This document shows, in pieces, positions 49,124 through 58,922 of a DNA stretch of 64,000 bases. The DNA comes from Cyclobacteriaceae bacterium. Lineage in GTDB: Bacteria; Bacteroidota; Bacteroidia; Cytophagales; Cyclobacteriaceae. Numbering within the stretch: position 1 is the first letter of the stretch; every line of letters starts with the position of its first letter. The notes below the pieces were generated by a model. That model was not told where the DNA came from and did not search any database. It saw only the letters and a list, made by a program, of their open reading frames with translations. Made by a program: the position numbers and the translations under genes. The stretch is from contig OZ253955.1 in assembly GCA_965267415.1 (NCBI GenBank), positions 3,390,902-3,454,901 on the forward strand. The letters are read 5' to 3'.

Positions 49124-49894
49124 TTAGAGTGAGATGGTTCCATCAAACACTTTTTCAGCAGGTCCGGCCAGCCAGATGTTTCTGAAAAATTCGTTTTCGA
49201 TTTCAAAGTAAACGAGTAGATCACCTCCTCTTGTTTCAATTGTTATCGGACTTTCTAATCCTTGCTGACTTGCAACCAATGCTACCGCCGTGGCACCAGT
49301 ACCACAACTCAACGTTTCGTTTTCAACTCCACGCTCGTAAGTCCGTATTTTCACTCGATCCTTCAAAAGCTGTGCGAAATTGACATTTGTGCCATTTTGG
49401 CTGGAATAAGCTGACAGATTGCGAATTTTCCGTCCTTCTTCGACTACAGGCTGGGTTTCTACATCATCAACAAACCTGACATAGTGTGGCGATCCGGTAT
49501 CCAAGTAGTAGTCACCATTTGTCTCAGAAATGGATAAAGGGAGATCGAATAGGGAGAAATGGATCTTTCCATCTTCTTTCTTGATTGAATGAACTCCATC
49601 GATGGCCTCAAAAGTGGCCGAGTGATTTACGATATTCAACGCTTTAGCGAAAGCAAAAGCGCACCTTGATCCGTTTCCACACAAGCTTTGAGTGCCATCG
49701 GCATTGAAGTAGACCATTTTATAGTCATGATCCGGATGTGATTCAATGAGAATCAGCCCGTCTGCACCGATTCCAAATTTGCGATCGCACAACCTTTGAA
49801 TCGGCGAAGTTTCTTTTGGAAAGTCAAGATAACGGTTATCGATCAGGATGAAGTCATTTCCGGTTCCCTGGTATTTGGAAAAATTGAAATCCAT
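49124..49894 (-). CDS. dapF: Diaminopimelate epimerase
   Basis: KYQGTGNDF, CGNGSRC, GSPH, RTYERGVE-ETLSCGTG. Confidence 0.97.
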   Translation of the reverse strand: MDFNFSKYQGTGNDFILIDNRYLDFPKETSPIQRLCDRKFGIGADGLILIESHPDHDYKMVYFNADGTQSLCGNGSRCAFAFAKALNIVNHSATFEAIDGVHSIKKEDGKIHFSLFDLPLSISETNGDYYLDTGSPHYVRFVDDVETQPVVEEGRKIRNLSAYSSQNGTNVNFAQLLKDRVKIRTYERGVENETLSCGTGATAVALVASQQGLESPITIETRGGDLLVYFEIENEFFRNIWLAGPAEKVFDGTISL

Positions 49895-49925
49895 CTTACA
49901 TAAGGTTGAATGGCCGAAATATGTA

Positions 49926-49959
49926 GAAACAAAAATCCCTCTGGAATGCAGAGGGATTT
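49926..49959 (-). terminator. Intrinsic terminator after rplS
   Basis: AAATCCCTCTG-GAATG-CAGAGGGATTT; U-tract on the minus strand. Confidence 0.85.
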
Positions 49960-49964
49960 GAAAT

Positions 49965-50327
49965 TTATTTTTGAATTTTTTCTTTGATCCTAGCAGACTT
50001 TCCTTTCCTCCCTCTGAGATAGAATAGTCGTGATCTTCTCACTTTTCCTTTTCGAAGAACTTCTATCTTGCTAATGTTTGGGGTAAGGAGCGGAAAGATC
50101 CTTTCAACAGCGATATCACCGGAAACCTTGCGAACTGTGAAGGTTTCTCCATTAGTATTCTTGTTACGAATCTGAATAACCGTTCCCTGGAATTGCTGGA
50201 TACGTTCTTTGTTTCCTTCCTTGATCTTATAGTGAACATTGATTGTATCACCAGAACCGAAAGAAGGAAGGCTTGCTCTACTTTCCTTGTATTCTTCAGC
50301 AACTACATCGAATAATTCTGCGCTCAT
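49965..50327 (-). CDS. rplS: 50S ribosomal protein L19
   Basis: [37 protein letters not shown]. Confidence 0.98.
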   Translation of the reverse strand: MSAELFDVVAEEYKESRASLPSFGSGDTINVHYKIKEGNKERIQQFQGTVIQIRNKNTNGETFTVRKVSGDIAVERIFPLLTPNISKIEVLRKGKVRRSRLFYLRGRKGKSARIKEKIQK

Positions 50328-50397
50328 TTTCTTGCTCTATCAGAGTTTTTCTAAAAAATACCTTCGCTCAAAAAAGCTCCGGTTTTTAAAAGGAGTG

Positions 50398-50405
50398 CAA
50401 ATATA
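50398..50405 (-). promoter_or_regulatory. -7 element of a dedicated rplS promoter
   Basis: TATATTTG followed by CACTCCTTTTAAAAA. Confidence 0.75.
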
Positions 50406-50449
50406 GATGATATGGTAGAAAAACGTGCTATCGACATTGAATGATTTTT

Positions 50450-51067
50450 TCATATGATGCCGTTGTTCAGTGCGTATTGAATCAGCTCTGAACTGTTGTG
50501 CAAATTTAGCTTCTTCAGGATGTTTTTGCGATGTGTTTTCACGGTGTGCATTGATATGAATAGCTTATCTGCAATCTGTGAACTGGAAAGTCCGTCTGCC
50601 AGGCATTGTATGACATCCAATTCCCTTTCGCTCAATTTGTGTTTTTTGATTTCATCTTTATCAGAGCTAAAGGATTGAATTTGATCATAATAGGATCTTC
50701 CTGAATGAACACGGTCGATTGCATCGGCAAGCTCCTTCCCGGTATTGTTTTTAAGAAGGCATCCATCAATTCCGATCTGAATGATCTCTTCAATGAAAGA
50801 TTTTTGAGCATACATTGTTAGGATGATCACCTTTACATTAGGGTGGGACGCTTTTATCCTTTTTGCACAGGTTATTCCATCCATGACAGGCATGTTGATG
50901 TCTAGCACCACAATGTGAACGTGGTTCTTTTCCAGGAAATCGAGAACTTCCTGGCCGTTTTCAACTTCTCCAATCACTTCAAATTGGTCATTGGAACTAA
51001 GGATGAGTTTTAGTCCGTCAATGACGATTTTATGATCATCGGCTAACAAGATCTTAATCATGCTCAT
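50450..51067 (-). CDS. NarL/LuxR family response regulator
   Basis: LADDH, LDINMP (phospho-Asp), LTMY, LLKN; LuxR HTH LSERELDV...TVKTHRKN. Confidence 0.95.
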   Translation of the reverse strand: MSMIKILLADDHKIVIDGLKLILSSNDQFEVIGEVENGQEVLDFLEKNHVHIVVLDINMPVMDGITCAKRIKASHPNVKVIILTMYAQKSFIEEIIQIGIDGCLLKNNTGKELADAIDRVHSGRSYYDQIQSFSSDKDEIKKHKLSERELDVIQCLADGLSSSQIADKLFISMHTVKTHRKNILKKLNLHNSSELIQYALNNGII

Positions 51068-51831
51068 GCTAATGGGATTTCTAGGATAAAGGTGCTGCCT
51101 TTATCAGGTGATGAATCGATTTTTATGTCTCCGTCCAGTTTGTCAACTCGTTTCTCAATATTATTTAGTCCCATTCCAAAAGAGATCTGGTTGATATCAA
51201 ATCCCTTGCCATTATCCTCATAGATGATACTAAGTTCATGGTCGATTTCACTAATCTCCAGGCGAATGGAATTACATCCTGAATGTTTGAGTGAATTATT
51301 TACCAATTCCTGAATGATTAGGTAAATTTCGAGTCCTGCTTCAATGGATACGTTTTCGCTGATCTCTACTTCAGATTTGATACTCATCTGATCTGATATT
51401 CCAATAGCTTCCATTAATTCTTGAATTGCGATACCCAGGTCAAAGCACTTCAATAGATCTGAATCTAGTCTTTGTGCTATTTTTCTCACTTCATTACCGG
51501 CTTTGATAGAGGCATTATTAATTCGTTCAGCGATATCCCTAAGTTCGGTAGTCTTTTCCTTTGTTAAAAGAGAATCAGTGTACATTCCAAGGGTTGTGAG
51601 GATAGTCCCAATGTTATCCTGAATTTCTGAAGCGATTTGTTTTCCTACTTTATACTGTCTTTTCAGCAATTTGTGAGTCGTTTTGATTTCTTGACCGTGA
51701 ATAATATTTATGATTCTTTGATTGGACAATTCTTTTTTTCGGAGCAATTCAATTTTGCGACGTTTCCCCTTTTCAACCCAAAAAAGGTAGCCAGAGATTG
51801 ATAAAAAAAAGAGAAAACCGATTGTGGTCAT
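51064..51831 (-). CDS. HisKA_3-type sensor kinase lacking the phospho-acceptor His (pseudokinase or decaying gene)
   Basis: IASEIQDNIG in place of IAxELHD; intact QELVNNSLKH, DNGKGF, GMGL; one TM. ATG 51831 preferred over TTG 51891. Confidence 0.8.
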   Translation of the reverse strand: MTTIGFLFFLSISGYLFWVEKGKRRKIELLRKKELSNQRIINIIHGQEIKTTHKLLKRQYKVGKQIASEIQDNIGTILTTLGMYTDSLLTKEKTTELRDIAERINNASIKAGNEVRKIAQRLDSDLLKCFDLGIAIQELMEAIGISDQMSIKSEVEISENVSIEAGLEIYLIIQELVNNSLKHSGCNSIRLEISEIDHELSIIYEDNGKGFDINQISFGMGLNNIEKRVDKLDGDIKIDSSPDKGSTFILEIPLA

Positions 51832-51922
51832 TGGATCTTTATGGATTCCAGAATTCAATACAGCATTATCTGGAAAATTGGATGTAACCAAAAGTCCTGT
51901 CTCTTGTCAAAAATTGAAATAC

Positions 51923-52627
51923 CTAACTGGGGGTATTTGGTTGAGAATCATCGATATCGAGTAGATCCGGCCTTCTTTGCTTTGTGCGCTCTACGGCTTG
52001 TTCATGTCGCCAGGCCTCTACTTTGGCTTCATGACCAGAGGTTAAGATGTCGGGAACTTTCCAGCCTTTGTATTCAGCAGGTCTGGTGTAAACAGGTGGA
52101 GCTAATAAATTATCCTGAAAAGAGTCAGAAAGTGCCGAAGACTCGTCGTTCAGCACTCCGGGAATAAGTCTTATGACTGCATCTGCAAGAACCATGGCCC
52201 CTAACTCACCACCGGAAAGCACAAAATCACCTATACTTATTTCCCTGGTGACAAGGTGATCCCTCACACGCTGATCGACTCCTTTGTAATGACCACAAAG
52301 CAGGATCAGGTTTTGAGTGAGGGAAAGTTTATTGGCCATTTGCTGGTTAAATACTTCACCGTCCGGGGTGAGGTAGATCACATCATCGTATGCTCGCTCA
52401 GTCTTAAGGGTGGAAATACATTTATCAATAGGTTCGATCATCAAGACCATGCCAGCGCCACCTCCAAACGCATAATCGTCTACATGCTTGTGCTTATTAT
52501 CCGAATAATCGCGAAGATTATGGATCTGGATGTCCACTAAGCCTTTCTCTTTGGATCTTCTGACAATACTTTGGTTGATTGGGCCGTCGAAAAGTTCCGG
52601 CAGGCAGGTGATTATATCAAACCGCAT
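51923..52627 (-). CDS. trmD: tRNA (guanine-N1)-methyltransferase
   Basis: [34 protein letters not shown]. Confidence 0.98.
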   Translation of the reverse strand: MRFDIITCLPELFDGPINQSIVRRSKEKGLVDIQIHNLRDYSDNKHKHVDDYAFGGGAGMVLMIEPIDKCISTLKTERAYDDVIYLTPDGEVFNQQMANKLSLTQNLILLCGHYKGVDQRVRDHLVTREISIGDFVLSGGELGAMVLADAVIRLIPGVLNDESSALSDSFQDNLLAPPVYTRPAEYKGWKVPDILTSGHEAKVEAWRHEQAVERTKQRRPDLLDIDDSQPNTPS

Positions 52628-52636
52628 AAAATGAAG

Positions 52637-53158
52637 TTACTCATTATAAATATCAAGCAAGCCATCGGGGAGCGAAACTTCAATGGTTCCGGATTCGATG
52701 TTGACGCTTTTGATGATCTCGTCAGTGATTGGAATAAGGATCTCCTTACCATCGGATTCGACCACAAGTAAGTGATTGTTGTTGAGGTCGTACACTGAAG
52801 ATACTTTCCCAATTAGTTCCTTGTTCTCTCTTACCTCAGATCCAATTAACTGATGATAGTAGAATTGTCCCGCTTCTAGTTTAGGAAGATTGGTAAGGGG
52901 GAGAAAAAGCCGGGCTTGTAAGATCTCGGAAGCTCTGTCAAGTTCGTCTACCTCCTCAAACTTGACAAGTGCCTTTTTCCCATTGATCTGAATTGATACA
53001 ATAAAAAAAGGAACCAGTTTCCCATTGATTTCAATGAATACTGATTCCAATTCTTTATAATCTTCAGGAAAGTCAACATCCAGGTGGATGTAAACCTCTC
53101 CCTGAAGTCCATGAGTTTTGATCACTTCCCCAAGCTGGTAGCAATCATCGGTTCTCAT
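52637..53158 (-). CDS. rimM: 16S rRNA processing protein RimM
   Basis: GEVIKTHGLQGEV, FYYHQLIG, EILIP; position after rpsP. Confidence 0.95.
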   Translation of the reverse strand: MRTDDCYQLGEVIKTHGLQGEVYIHLDVDFPEDYKELESVFIEINGKLVPFFIVSIQINGKKALVKFEEVDELDRASEILQARLFLPLTNLPKLEAGQFYYHQLIGSEVRENKELIGKVSSVYDLNNNHLLVVESDGKEILIPITDEIIKSVNIESGTIEVSLPDGLLDIYNE

Positions 53159-53164
53159 GACAAT

Positions 53165-54016
53165 TTATTCTTCCTTCTTCTCCTCTTCGGAGTTTTCAGC
53201 TTCTGCCTTAGGCTCTTCAGCAGGGGTTTCTTCCGCTGAAGGTTCCTCTGCTTTGGCTTCTTCAGCCGGAGTTTCTTCTGTTTTGGCTTCTACCTCGGGA
53301 GCTTCTTCAGCTTTTGTTTCCTCAGCTGGGGCTTCCTCGGTACTTGCTTCCTCAGCAGCTGGTTCTTGTGCCGGAGCCTCTTCTACAGCAGGTTCCTCTG
53401 ATGGAGTTTCCTCCGCTTTTGGCTCTTCTGCTGGAGCTTCAGCTTTTTCTTCAGTTGCTTCGGCTTGTGCCTCTTCTACAGCAGCTACATCTTCTGCCAC
53501 ATCTTCATCACCTTCGGCTCCACCTTCTTTGATCTCTTCTACCAAAGCAGCTTCAGCTTCTTGTGCTTTTTTCTTCAAGGCATCAGCTCGAGCTTCTTTG
53601 ACTTTGGATTCAGCTTCCATCTTGGCTTTCAGCTTTTCAGCTTTTTCTTTAGCCAATCGATCCACCTTGCCTTGGATCTTGGTTTCTTTATCCTTAATCC
53701 AGGCTTCCAATTTCTTATCTGCTTCCTCTTGCGAAAGCGCACCTTTCTGAACACCGATCTGCAAGTGCTTTCGGTACATCACTCCCCGGTAGGAGAGCAT
53801 TGCCCGAACGGTATCAGTAGGTTGTGCACCTTTCATTACCCATTCAAAGGCTTTGTCAGCGTCTAAATTGATTGAAGCAGGGTCTGTGTTGGGATTGTAG
53901 GTTCCGATCTTTTCAATAAAGCGACCATCTCGTGGTGCTCGTGAATCAGCCACAACAACATCGAACATGGCCAATTTTTTGCGTCCTCGACGCGCTAGTC
54001 TAATTTTTACCGACAT
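53165..54016 (-). CDS. rpsP: 30S ribosomal protein S16 with long acidic C-terminal extension
   Basis: VKIRLARRGRKK...DSRAPRDGRFIEKIGTYNP...GAQPTDTV; Glu/Ala/Pro-rich tail. Confidence 0.97.
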   Translation of the reverse strand: MSVKIRLARRGRKKLAMFDVVVADSRAPRDGRFIEKIGTYNPNTDPASINLDADKAFEWVMKGAQPTDTVRAMLSYRGVMYRKHLQIGVQKGALSQEEADKKLEAWIKDKETKIQGKVDRLAKEKAEKLKAKMEAESKVKEARADALKKKAQEAEAALVEEIKEGGAEGDEDVAEDVAAVEEAQAEATEEKAEAPAEEPKAEETPSEEPAVEEAPAQEPAAEEASTEEAPAEETKAEEAPEVEAKTEETPAEEAKAEEPSAEETPAEEPKAEAENSEEEKKEE

Positions 54017-54067
54017 ATTTTCTTTTCGTTATGGAACTCGTCCATTAAAAATTTTAAAAACGGAGCG

Positions 54068-54075
54068 CAAATGTA
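54068..54075 (-). promoter_or_regulatory. -7 element of the rpsP promoter
   Basis: TACATTTG followed by CGCTCCGTTTTTAAAA. Confidence 0.75.
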
Positions 54076-54240
54076 GTCTCTTTCTGAGAATTAATACCAC
54101 ATCCACTGAGAATATTGAAGCTCTATATGCGTATCAGTTCTCATGCTTATGAATAAACGATATATTCGTATAACCGGCTTTACAGTTTTTAAAGAAACTT
54201 AAAGTCCCATACATTTGTTCAGTACTGTATAAGGAAAGGT

Positions 54241-56946
54241 ATGGACAAATATTCCTATATCGCCAATGCCCATGGCAACTACATCGATGAACTTTATAAG
54301 TCATACAAATCGGATCCGGAGAGTATAGACGAGACCTGGAAGAAATTTTTCGAAGGTTTTGAATTCGGACAGGACGGATATGGTGACGTTTCAATGGCAA
54401 CTCCAAAGGAGACTGCTGTTAGAAACCTGATCTATGCTTATCGTTCCTGGGCTCACCTGATTTCTGACACTAACCCGGTAAGGGCACGTCGCAAGCATTC
54501 TGTCAAGTTGGATCTGGGGGATTTTGGCTTGACAGAAGCGGATTTGAACACGGAATTCGAGATTGGAAGTGAGATTGGATTGGGTAAGGCAACACTCAAG
54601 AGTATCCTTGAAAAACTTAACAAGGTTTACAACGAGCACATTGGCTTTGAATACAGCCATATAAGAGATGCTGAGATACAGGAATGGTTCAAGCAAAAAT
54701 GTGAAACAGAGGGTGCTGACATTAGTCCATCCAAAGAAGAAAAGAATCAAATCCTTTCTAAACTCAACGAAGCGGTAGTCTTTGAGAACTTTCTTCACAC
54801 CAAGTTTCTTGGCCAAAAGCGATTTTCTCTCGAAGGTGGTGAAAACACGATCCCGGCACTGCATAAGATCATTCATCGTGCAGCAGAGTTGAATGCTGAG
54901 GAGATTGTGATTGGTATGGCACATCGGGGACGACTAAATGTCCTGGCTAATATTATGGGCAAAACCTATGAGGAGATCTTCAGTGAATTCGAAGGGAACA
55001 TGGAGGTTGATTTAACCATGGGTGATGGAGACGTAAAATATCACCTGGGGTATTCCTCTCATTTGGATACTGCCACTGGAAAGAAGGTCTATGTAAAACT
55101 AGCTCCCAACCCTTCTCACCTGGAAGCGGTGGATCCTGTAGTACTTGGATATACCAGGGCCCAGATTGATGATGAGTATAGAGGAGACATGTCCAAAGCT
55201 GTGCCAATCCTGATTCATGGAGATGCAGCCGCCGCTGGTCAGGGAATTGTATATGAGTGTGTTCAAATGTCCCTCCTCGACGGATACAAAACAGGAGGCA
55301 CTATTCATTTTGTCATTAACAACCAGGTCGGCTTTACGACAGACTTTGATGATGCGCGTTCAAGTATCTATTGTACGGATCTGGCTAAGATCATTGACGC
55401 ACCAATCCTTCACGTAAACGGCGATGATGCAGAAGCAGTAAATTTTGCAGCAAACCTGGCGATCGAGTATCGACAGAAATTTAATAAAGACATTTTCATT
55501 GACCTTTTATGTTATCGTCGGCATGGCCACAATGAAAGTGATGAACCGAAATTCACTCAGCCTAAGCTTTATAATGTGATTGCCAAGCATCCCAATCCCA
55601 GGGAAGTTTATGTAAAAAAATTGATCGAACGAGGTGATCTGGACGATGCGGCTGTAAAGACACTGGACAAAGAATTTAAAGCACAGTTACAGGATCGATT
55701 AAATGAGATCAAGCAACATCCGCTTCCTTATAAACCTCAAAAGATCGAAGAGGAATGGCATCACCTGAGAAGATCAGAAGCCAAGGATTTTGATGCTTCT
55801 CCAGATACCAGTATTTCGGAGCAAACAGTTGAAAAAGTTGGAAAAGCGATTACTGAGGTACCAAAAGGATTCAAGCCTCTGAAACAGATCGAAAAGTTGT
55901 TGAAAGATCGCAGTGCCAATTTCTTTGAAAAGAAGGAGTTGGGTTGGGCAGATGCTGAACTTTTGGCATACGGTTCTTTGCTGGAGGAAGGAAAGATTGT
56001 CCGGATGTCAGGTCAGGATGTAAAGCGAGGAACTTTTTCTCATCGCCATGCTTACTTGTTCGACTCCAACACGAATGAGCCTTATAGCGGCTTGAATCAC
56101 ATAACCAAAGATCAGGAACCCTTCAGGATATATAACTCGCTCCTTTCAGAGTACGGAGTGCTTGGGTTTGAGTACGGGTATGCAATGGCTACACCAAATG
56201 CATTGATCATTTGGGAAGCCCAGTTTGGTGATTTTGCGAATGGTGCTCAGGTTATGATAGATCAGTTCCTTATGAGTGCGGAGAGCAAGTGGCAAAGAAT
56301 GAACGGATTAGTGATGTTGCTACCTCATGGTTATGAGGGACAAGGTCCGGAGCACTCCAGTGCTCGACTGGAACGGTTCCTGCAGATGGCTGCAGGTGAA
56401 AATGTGATCATCGCCAACTTGACGACCTCTTCCAATATCTTCCATTTACTAAGGCGTCAGGTCTCATGGGAATTCAGGAAACCAGCGGTTGTTTTTTCTC
56501 CCAAGTCATTACTTCGACATCCTGGTGTTGTCTCTCCAATCAAAGATTTCACTAATGGCAAGTTCAAAGAAGTCATTGGCGATGGTTATGTGACAGCTAA
56601 GTCAGTCAAGAAAGTGCTATTCTGCTCAGGTAAAGTTTACTTCGACTTGCTTGAGGAGCAACAAAAAAGAAAAGCCAAGGACATAGCAGTGGTGCGAATA
56701 GAGCAGGTCTACCCATTTCCAAAGAAGCAGGTAGAAGCAATATTGAAGAAGTATGGGAATCCGAAATTGGTCTGGGTACAGGAAGAACCTGAGAATATGG
56801 GATCGTGGACCTTTATCCTGAGCAGAACCGGGTTAGATTTTTCAGTGGTAGCACGAAAAATAAGTGCTTCTCCTGCAACAGGGTTTGCCAAGGTGCATAA
56901 GGAAGAACAGGCTGATTTAGTAAAAAAAGCATTTGATCTAAAATAA
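54241..56946 (+). CDS. sucA: 2-oxoglutarate dehydrogenase E1
   Basis: GQKRFSLEG, GMAHRGRLN, NPSHLE, HGDAAAAGQG, WEAQFGDF, GQGPEHSS. Confidence 0.98.
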   Translation: MDKYSYIANAHGNYIDELYKSYKSDPESIDETWKKFFEGFEFGQDGYGDVSMATPKETAVRNLIYAYRSWAHLISDTNPVRARRKHSVKLDLGDFGLTEADLNTEFEIGSEIGLGKATLKSILEKLNKVYNEHIGFEYSHIRDAEIQEWFKQKCETEGADISPSKEEKNQILSKLNEAVVFENFLHTKFLGQKRFSLEGGENTIPALHKIIHRAAELNAEEIVIGMAHRGRLNVLANIMGKTYEEIFSEFEGNMEVDLTMGDGDVKYHLGYSSHLDTATGKKVYVKLAPNPSHLEAVDPVVLGYTRAQIDDEYRGDMSKAVPILIHGDAAAAGQGIVYECVQMSLLDGYKTGGTIHFVINNQVGFTTDFDDARSSIYCTDLAKIIDAPILHVNGDDAEAVNFAANLAIEYRQKFNKDIFIDLLCYRRHGHNESDEPKFTQPKLYNVIAKHPNPREVYVKKLIERGDLDDAAVKTLDKEFKAQLQDRLNEIKQHPLPYKPQKIEEEWHHLRRSEAKDFDASPDTSISEQTVEKVGKAITEVPKGFKPLKQIEKLLKDRSANFFEKKELGWADAELLAYGSLLEEGKIVRMSGQDVKRGTFSHRHAYLFDSNTNEPYSGLNHITKDQEPFRIYNSLLSEYGVLGFEYGYAMATPNALIIWEAQFGDFANGAQVMIDQFLMSAESKWQRMNGLVMLLPHGYEGQGPEHSSARLERFLQMAAGENVIIANLTTSSNIFHLLRRQVSWEFRKPAVVFSPKSLLRHPGVVSPIKDFTNGKFKEVIGDGYVTAKSVKKVLFCSGKVYFDLLEEQQKRKAKDIAVVRIEQVYPFPKKQVEAILKKYGNPKLVWVQEEPENMGSWTFILSRTGLDFSVVARKISASPATGFAKVHKEEQADLVKKAFDLK

Positions 56947-56963
56947 TCTAACGATAAGAAGCA

Positions 56964-58511
56964 ATGAGTCTTGAAATGAAAGTACCCCCGGTAGGGGAGT
57001 CCATTACAGAAGTTACCGTGGCTTCATGGACAAAAAACGATGGTGATTTTGTGGAAATGGATGAGGTTTTGTGCGAGTTGGAATCAGATAAAGCGACCTT
57101 TGAAGTGACTGCAGAGGCAGCCGGAAAACTAACCATCAAAGCCCAGGAAGGAGACACACTGGAGATTGGTGCCGTACTCTGTGAAATTGATGAGAGTGCT
57201 TCCGGTGGTGAGCCTAAACCCACAGCTCAAGCAGAGCAACCAGCCGCTCCATCAAGTGCGGGAACTTCCGAACCCAAAGCGACAGGGGAAGTTCATGAAA
57301 TGAGAGTGCCCACGGTAGGTGAGTCCATTACTGAAGTCACACTTTCTACCTGGCAAAAAGCAGACGGTGACTTTGTAGAGTTAGATGAAAACATTGCTGA
57401 AATTGAATCTGACAAAGCGACTTTCGATCTCACAGCTGAGGCGCAAGGCATCTTGAAAATTGAGGCTCAGGAGGGTGATACATTAGAGATAGGAGCATTG
57501 ATCTGCAAAATTGAAGTGATGGAAGGGGCACCGACAAGTGCGGCTCCTGCCCCAGTTTCTTCATCAGCTCCTACCGCTGAGACTGCCCCGACAAGCTCTT
57601 CTCAAACGTATGCAACCGGTCATGCTTCTCCGGCAGCAGCAAAGATCCTGGATGAAAAGGGAATGGCAGCTTCAGAAGTCTCCGGAAGTGGGCGCGATGG
57701 AAGAATAACGAAGGAAGACGCAGTTCAGGCTCAGAAATCCGCACCAAAACAAGAGAGTGCAAAACCTTCCGCCCCTCAGTTCGAAGCTCCCGTGATAGGT
57801 GGTGGTGTTAGTCGAGAGCAGAAGCGTGAAAAAATGACTTCCTTAAGGAAGACCATCTCAAGGAGACTGGTGGCTGTGAAAAATGATACGGCTATGCTTA
57901 CTACTTTCAATGAAGTGAACATGGGGCCGATCATGAAACTGCGGAAGAAATACAAAGATCAGTTCAAGGAGAAATATGAGGTGGGATTAGGGTTTATGAG
58001 TTTCTTCACAAAAGCATGTTGTATGGCATTGCAAGAATGGCCAGCGGTGAATGGCCAGATCGATGGTGAAGAGCTAGTGTACAGTGATTATTGCGACGTA
58101 TCAATAGCTGTTTCAACGCCACGAGGGTTGGTAGTTCCAGTAATCCGGAATGCTGAATCATTGAATTTTGAGCAAATTGAAAAAGAAGTGGTTCGATTGG
58201 CGACCAAAGCACGCGATGGTAAACTAAGTATCCCGGAGATGGAGGGTGGTACATTCACTATCACAAATGGCGGAATATTTGGATCTATGATGTCAACACC
58301 TATCATCAATGCACCTCAATCAGCAATCTTGGGAATGCATAATATTGTTGAACGCCCTATGGTTGAAAATGGAGAGATTGTGATCCGACCAATGATGTAT
58401 GTGGCGCTATCTTATGATCATCGAATCATTGATGGGAGAGAATCTGTGAGTTTCCTTGTGCGAGTGAAACAATTGTTAGAAGATCCTACAAGGTTATTGA
58501 TTGGTATATAG
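56964..58511 (+). CDS. sucB: Dihydrolipoyllysine-residue succinyltransferase (E2) with two lipoyl domains
   Basis: Two ESDKA lipoyl motifs; GSGRDGRI; [10 protein letters not shown]. Confidence 0.97.
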   Translation: MSLEMKVPPVGESITEVTVASWTKNDGDFVEMDEVLCELESDKATFEVTAEAAGKLTIKAQEGDTLEIGAVLCEIDESASGGEPKPTAQAEQPAAPSSAGTSEPKATGEVHEMRVPTVGESITEVTLSTWQKADGDFVELDENIAEIESDKATFDLTAEAQGILKIEAQEGDTLEIGALICKIEVMEGAPTSAAPAPVSSSAPTAETAPTSSSQTYATGHASPAAAKILDEKGMAASEVSGSGRDGRITKEDAVQAQKSAPKQESAKPSAPQFEAPVIGGGVSREQKREKMTSLRKTISRRLVAVKNDTAMLTTFNEVNMGPIMKLRKKYKDQFKEKYEVGLGFMSFFTKACCMALQEWPAVNGQIDGEELVYSDYCDVSIAVSTPRGLVVPVIRNAESLNFEQIEKEVVRLATKARDGKLSIPEMEGGTFTITNGGIFGSMMSTPIINAPQSAILGMHNIVERPMVENGEIVIRPMMYVALSYDHRIIDGRESVSFLVRVKQLLEDPTRLLIGI

Positions 58512-58513
58512 TT

Positions 58514-58541
58514 AGTACAAAGTATTACGTACGAAGTATAA
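58514..58541 (+). repeat. Four tandem heptamers, left flank of the four-helix-bundle gene
   Basis: AGTACAA AGTATTA CGTACGA AGTATAA (consensus NGTAYNA). Confidence 0.8.
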
Positions 58542-58543
58542 AG

Positions 58544-58897
58544 ATGCATAGGTACAGGGAGTTGGATGTTTGGAAAAAAGCGATGGAACTTTCATTTACG
58601 ATATATGAGGCAACCAAAATGTTCCCGGATGAGGAAAAATTCGGATTAGTCTCACAGATGAGAAGAAGTTCAGTATCCATTGCTTCCAATATAGCGGAAG
58701 GTGCAGGAAGAAATTCTAATGGAGAGTTCAGGCAATTTCTGGGAATAGCTCAAGGTTCAACGTTTGAATTAGAAACTCAGACCCTACTTGCTTCAAGAAT
58801 GCACTTTATTGAAGAACGAGAAGTGAAATCAATCATCGAAGAAACAAATGCTATATCAAATATGATTTTCAAATTAAAAAAGAGTCTGATATCTTGA
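58544..58897 (+). CDS. Four helix bundle protein (23S rRNA intervening-sequence protein family)
   Basis: YRELDVWKKAM...FPDEEKFGLVSQMRRSSVSIASNIAEG...EFRQFLGIAQGS. Confidence 0.93.
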   Translation: MHRYRELDVWKKAMELSFTIYEATKMFPDEEKFGLVSQMRRSSVSIASNIAEGAGRNSNGEFRQFLGIAQGSTFELETQTLLASRMHFIEEREVKSIIEETNAISNMIFKLKKSLIS

Positions 58898-58922
58898 TAC
58901 TTGGTACCAAGTGCGTAATACC
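58895..58922 (-). repeat. Four tandem heptamers in inverted orientation, right flank
   Basis: Minus strand GGTATTA CGCACTT GGTACCA AGTATCA; includes a perfect palindrome ACTTGGTACCAAGT (58899-58912). Confidence 0.8.

Noticed and set aside
53157-53866. Ser/Ala-rich plus-strand ORFs (197 aa, 133 aa)
   Set aside because: Mirror images of the low-complexity S16 tail, which lacks stop codons on the opposite strand.
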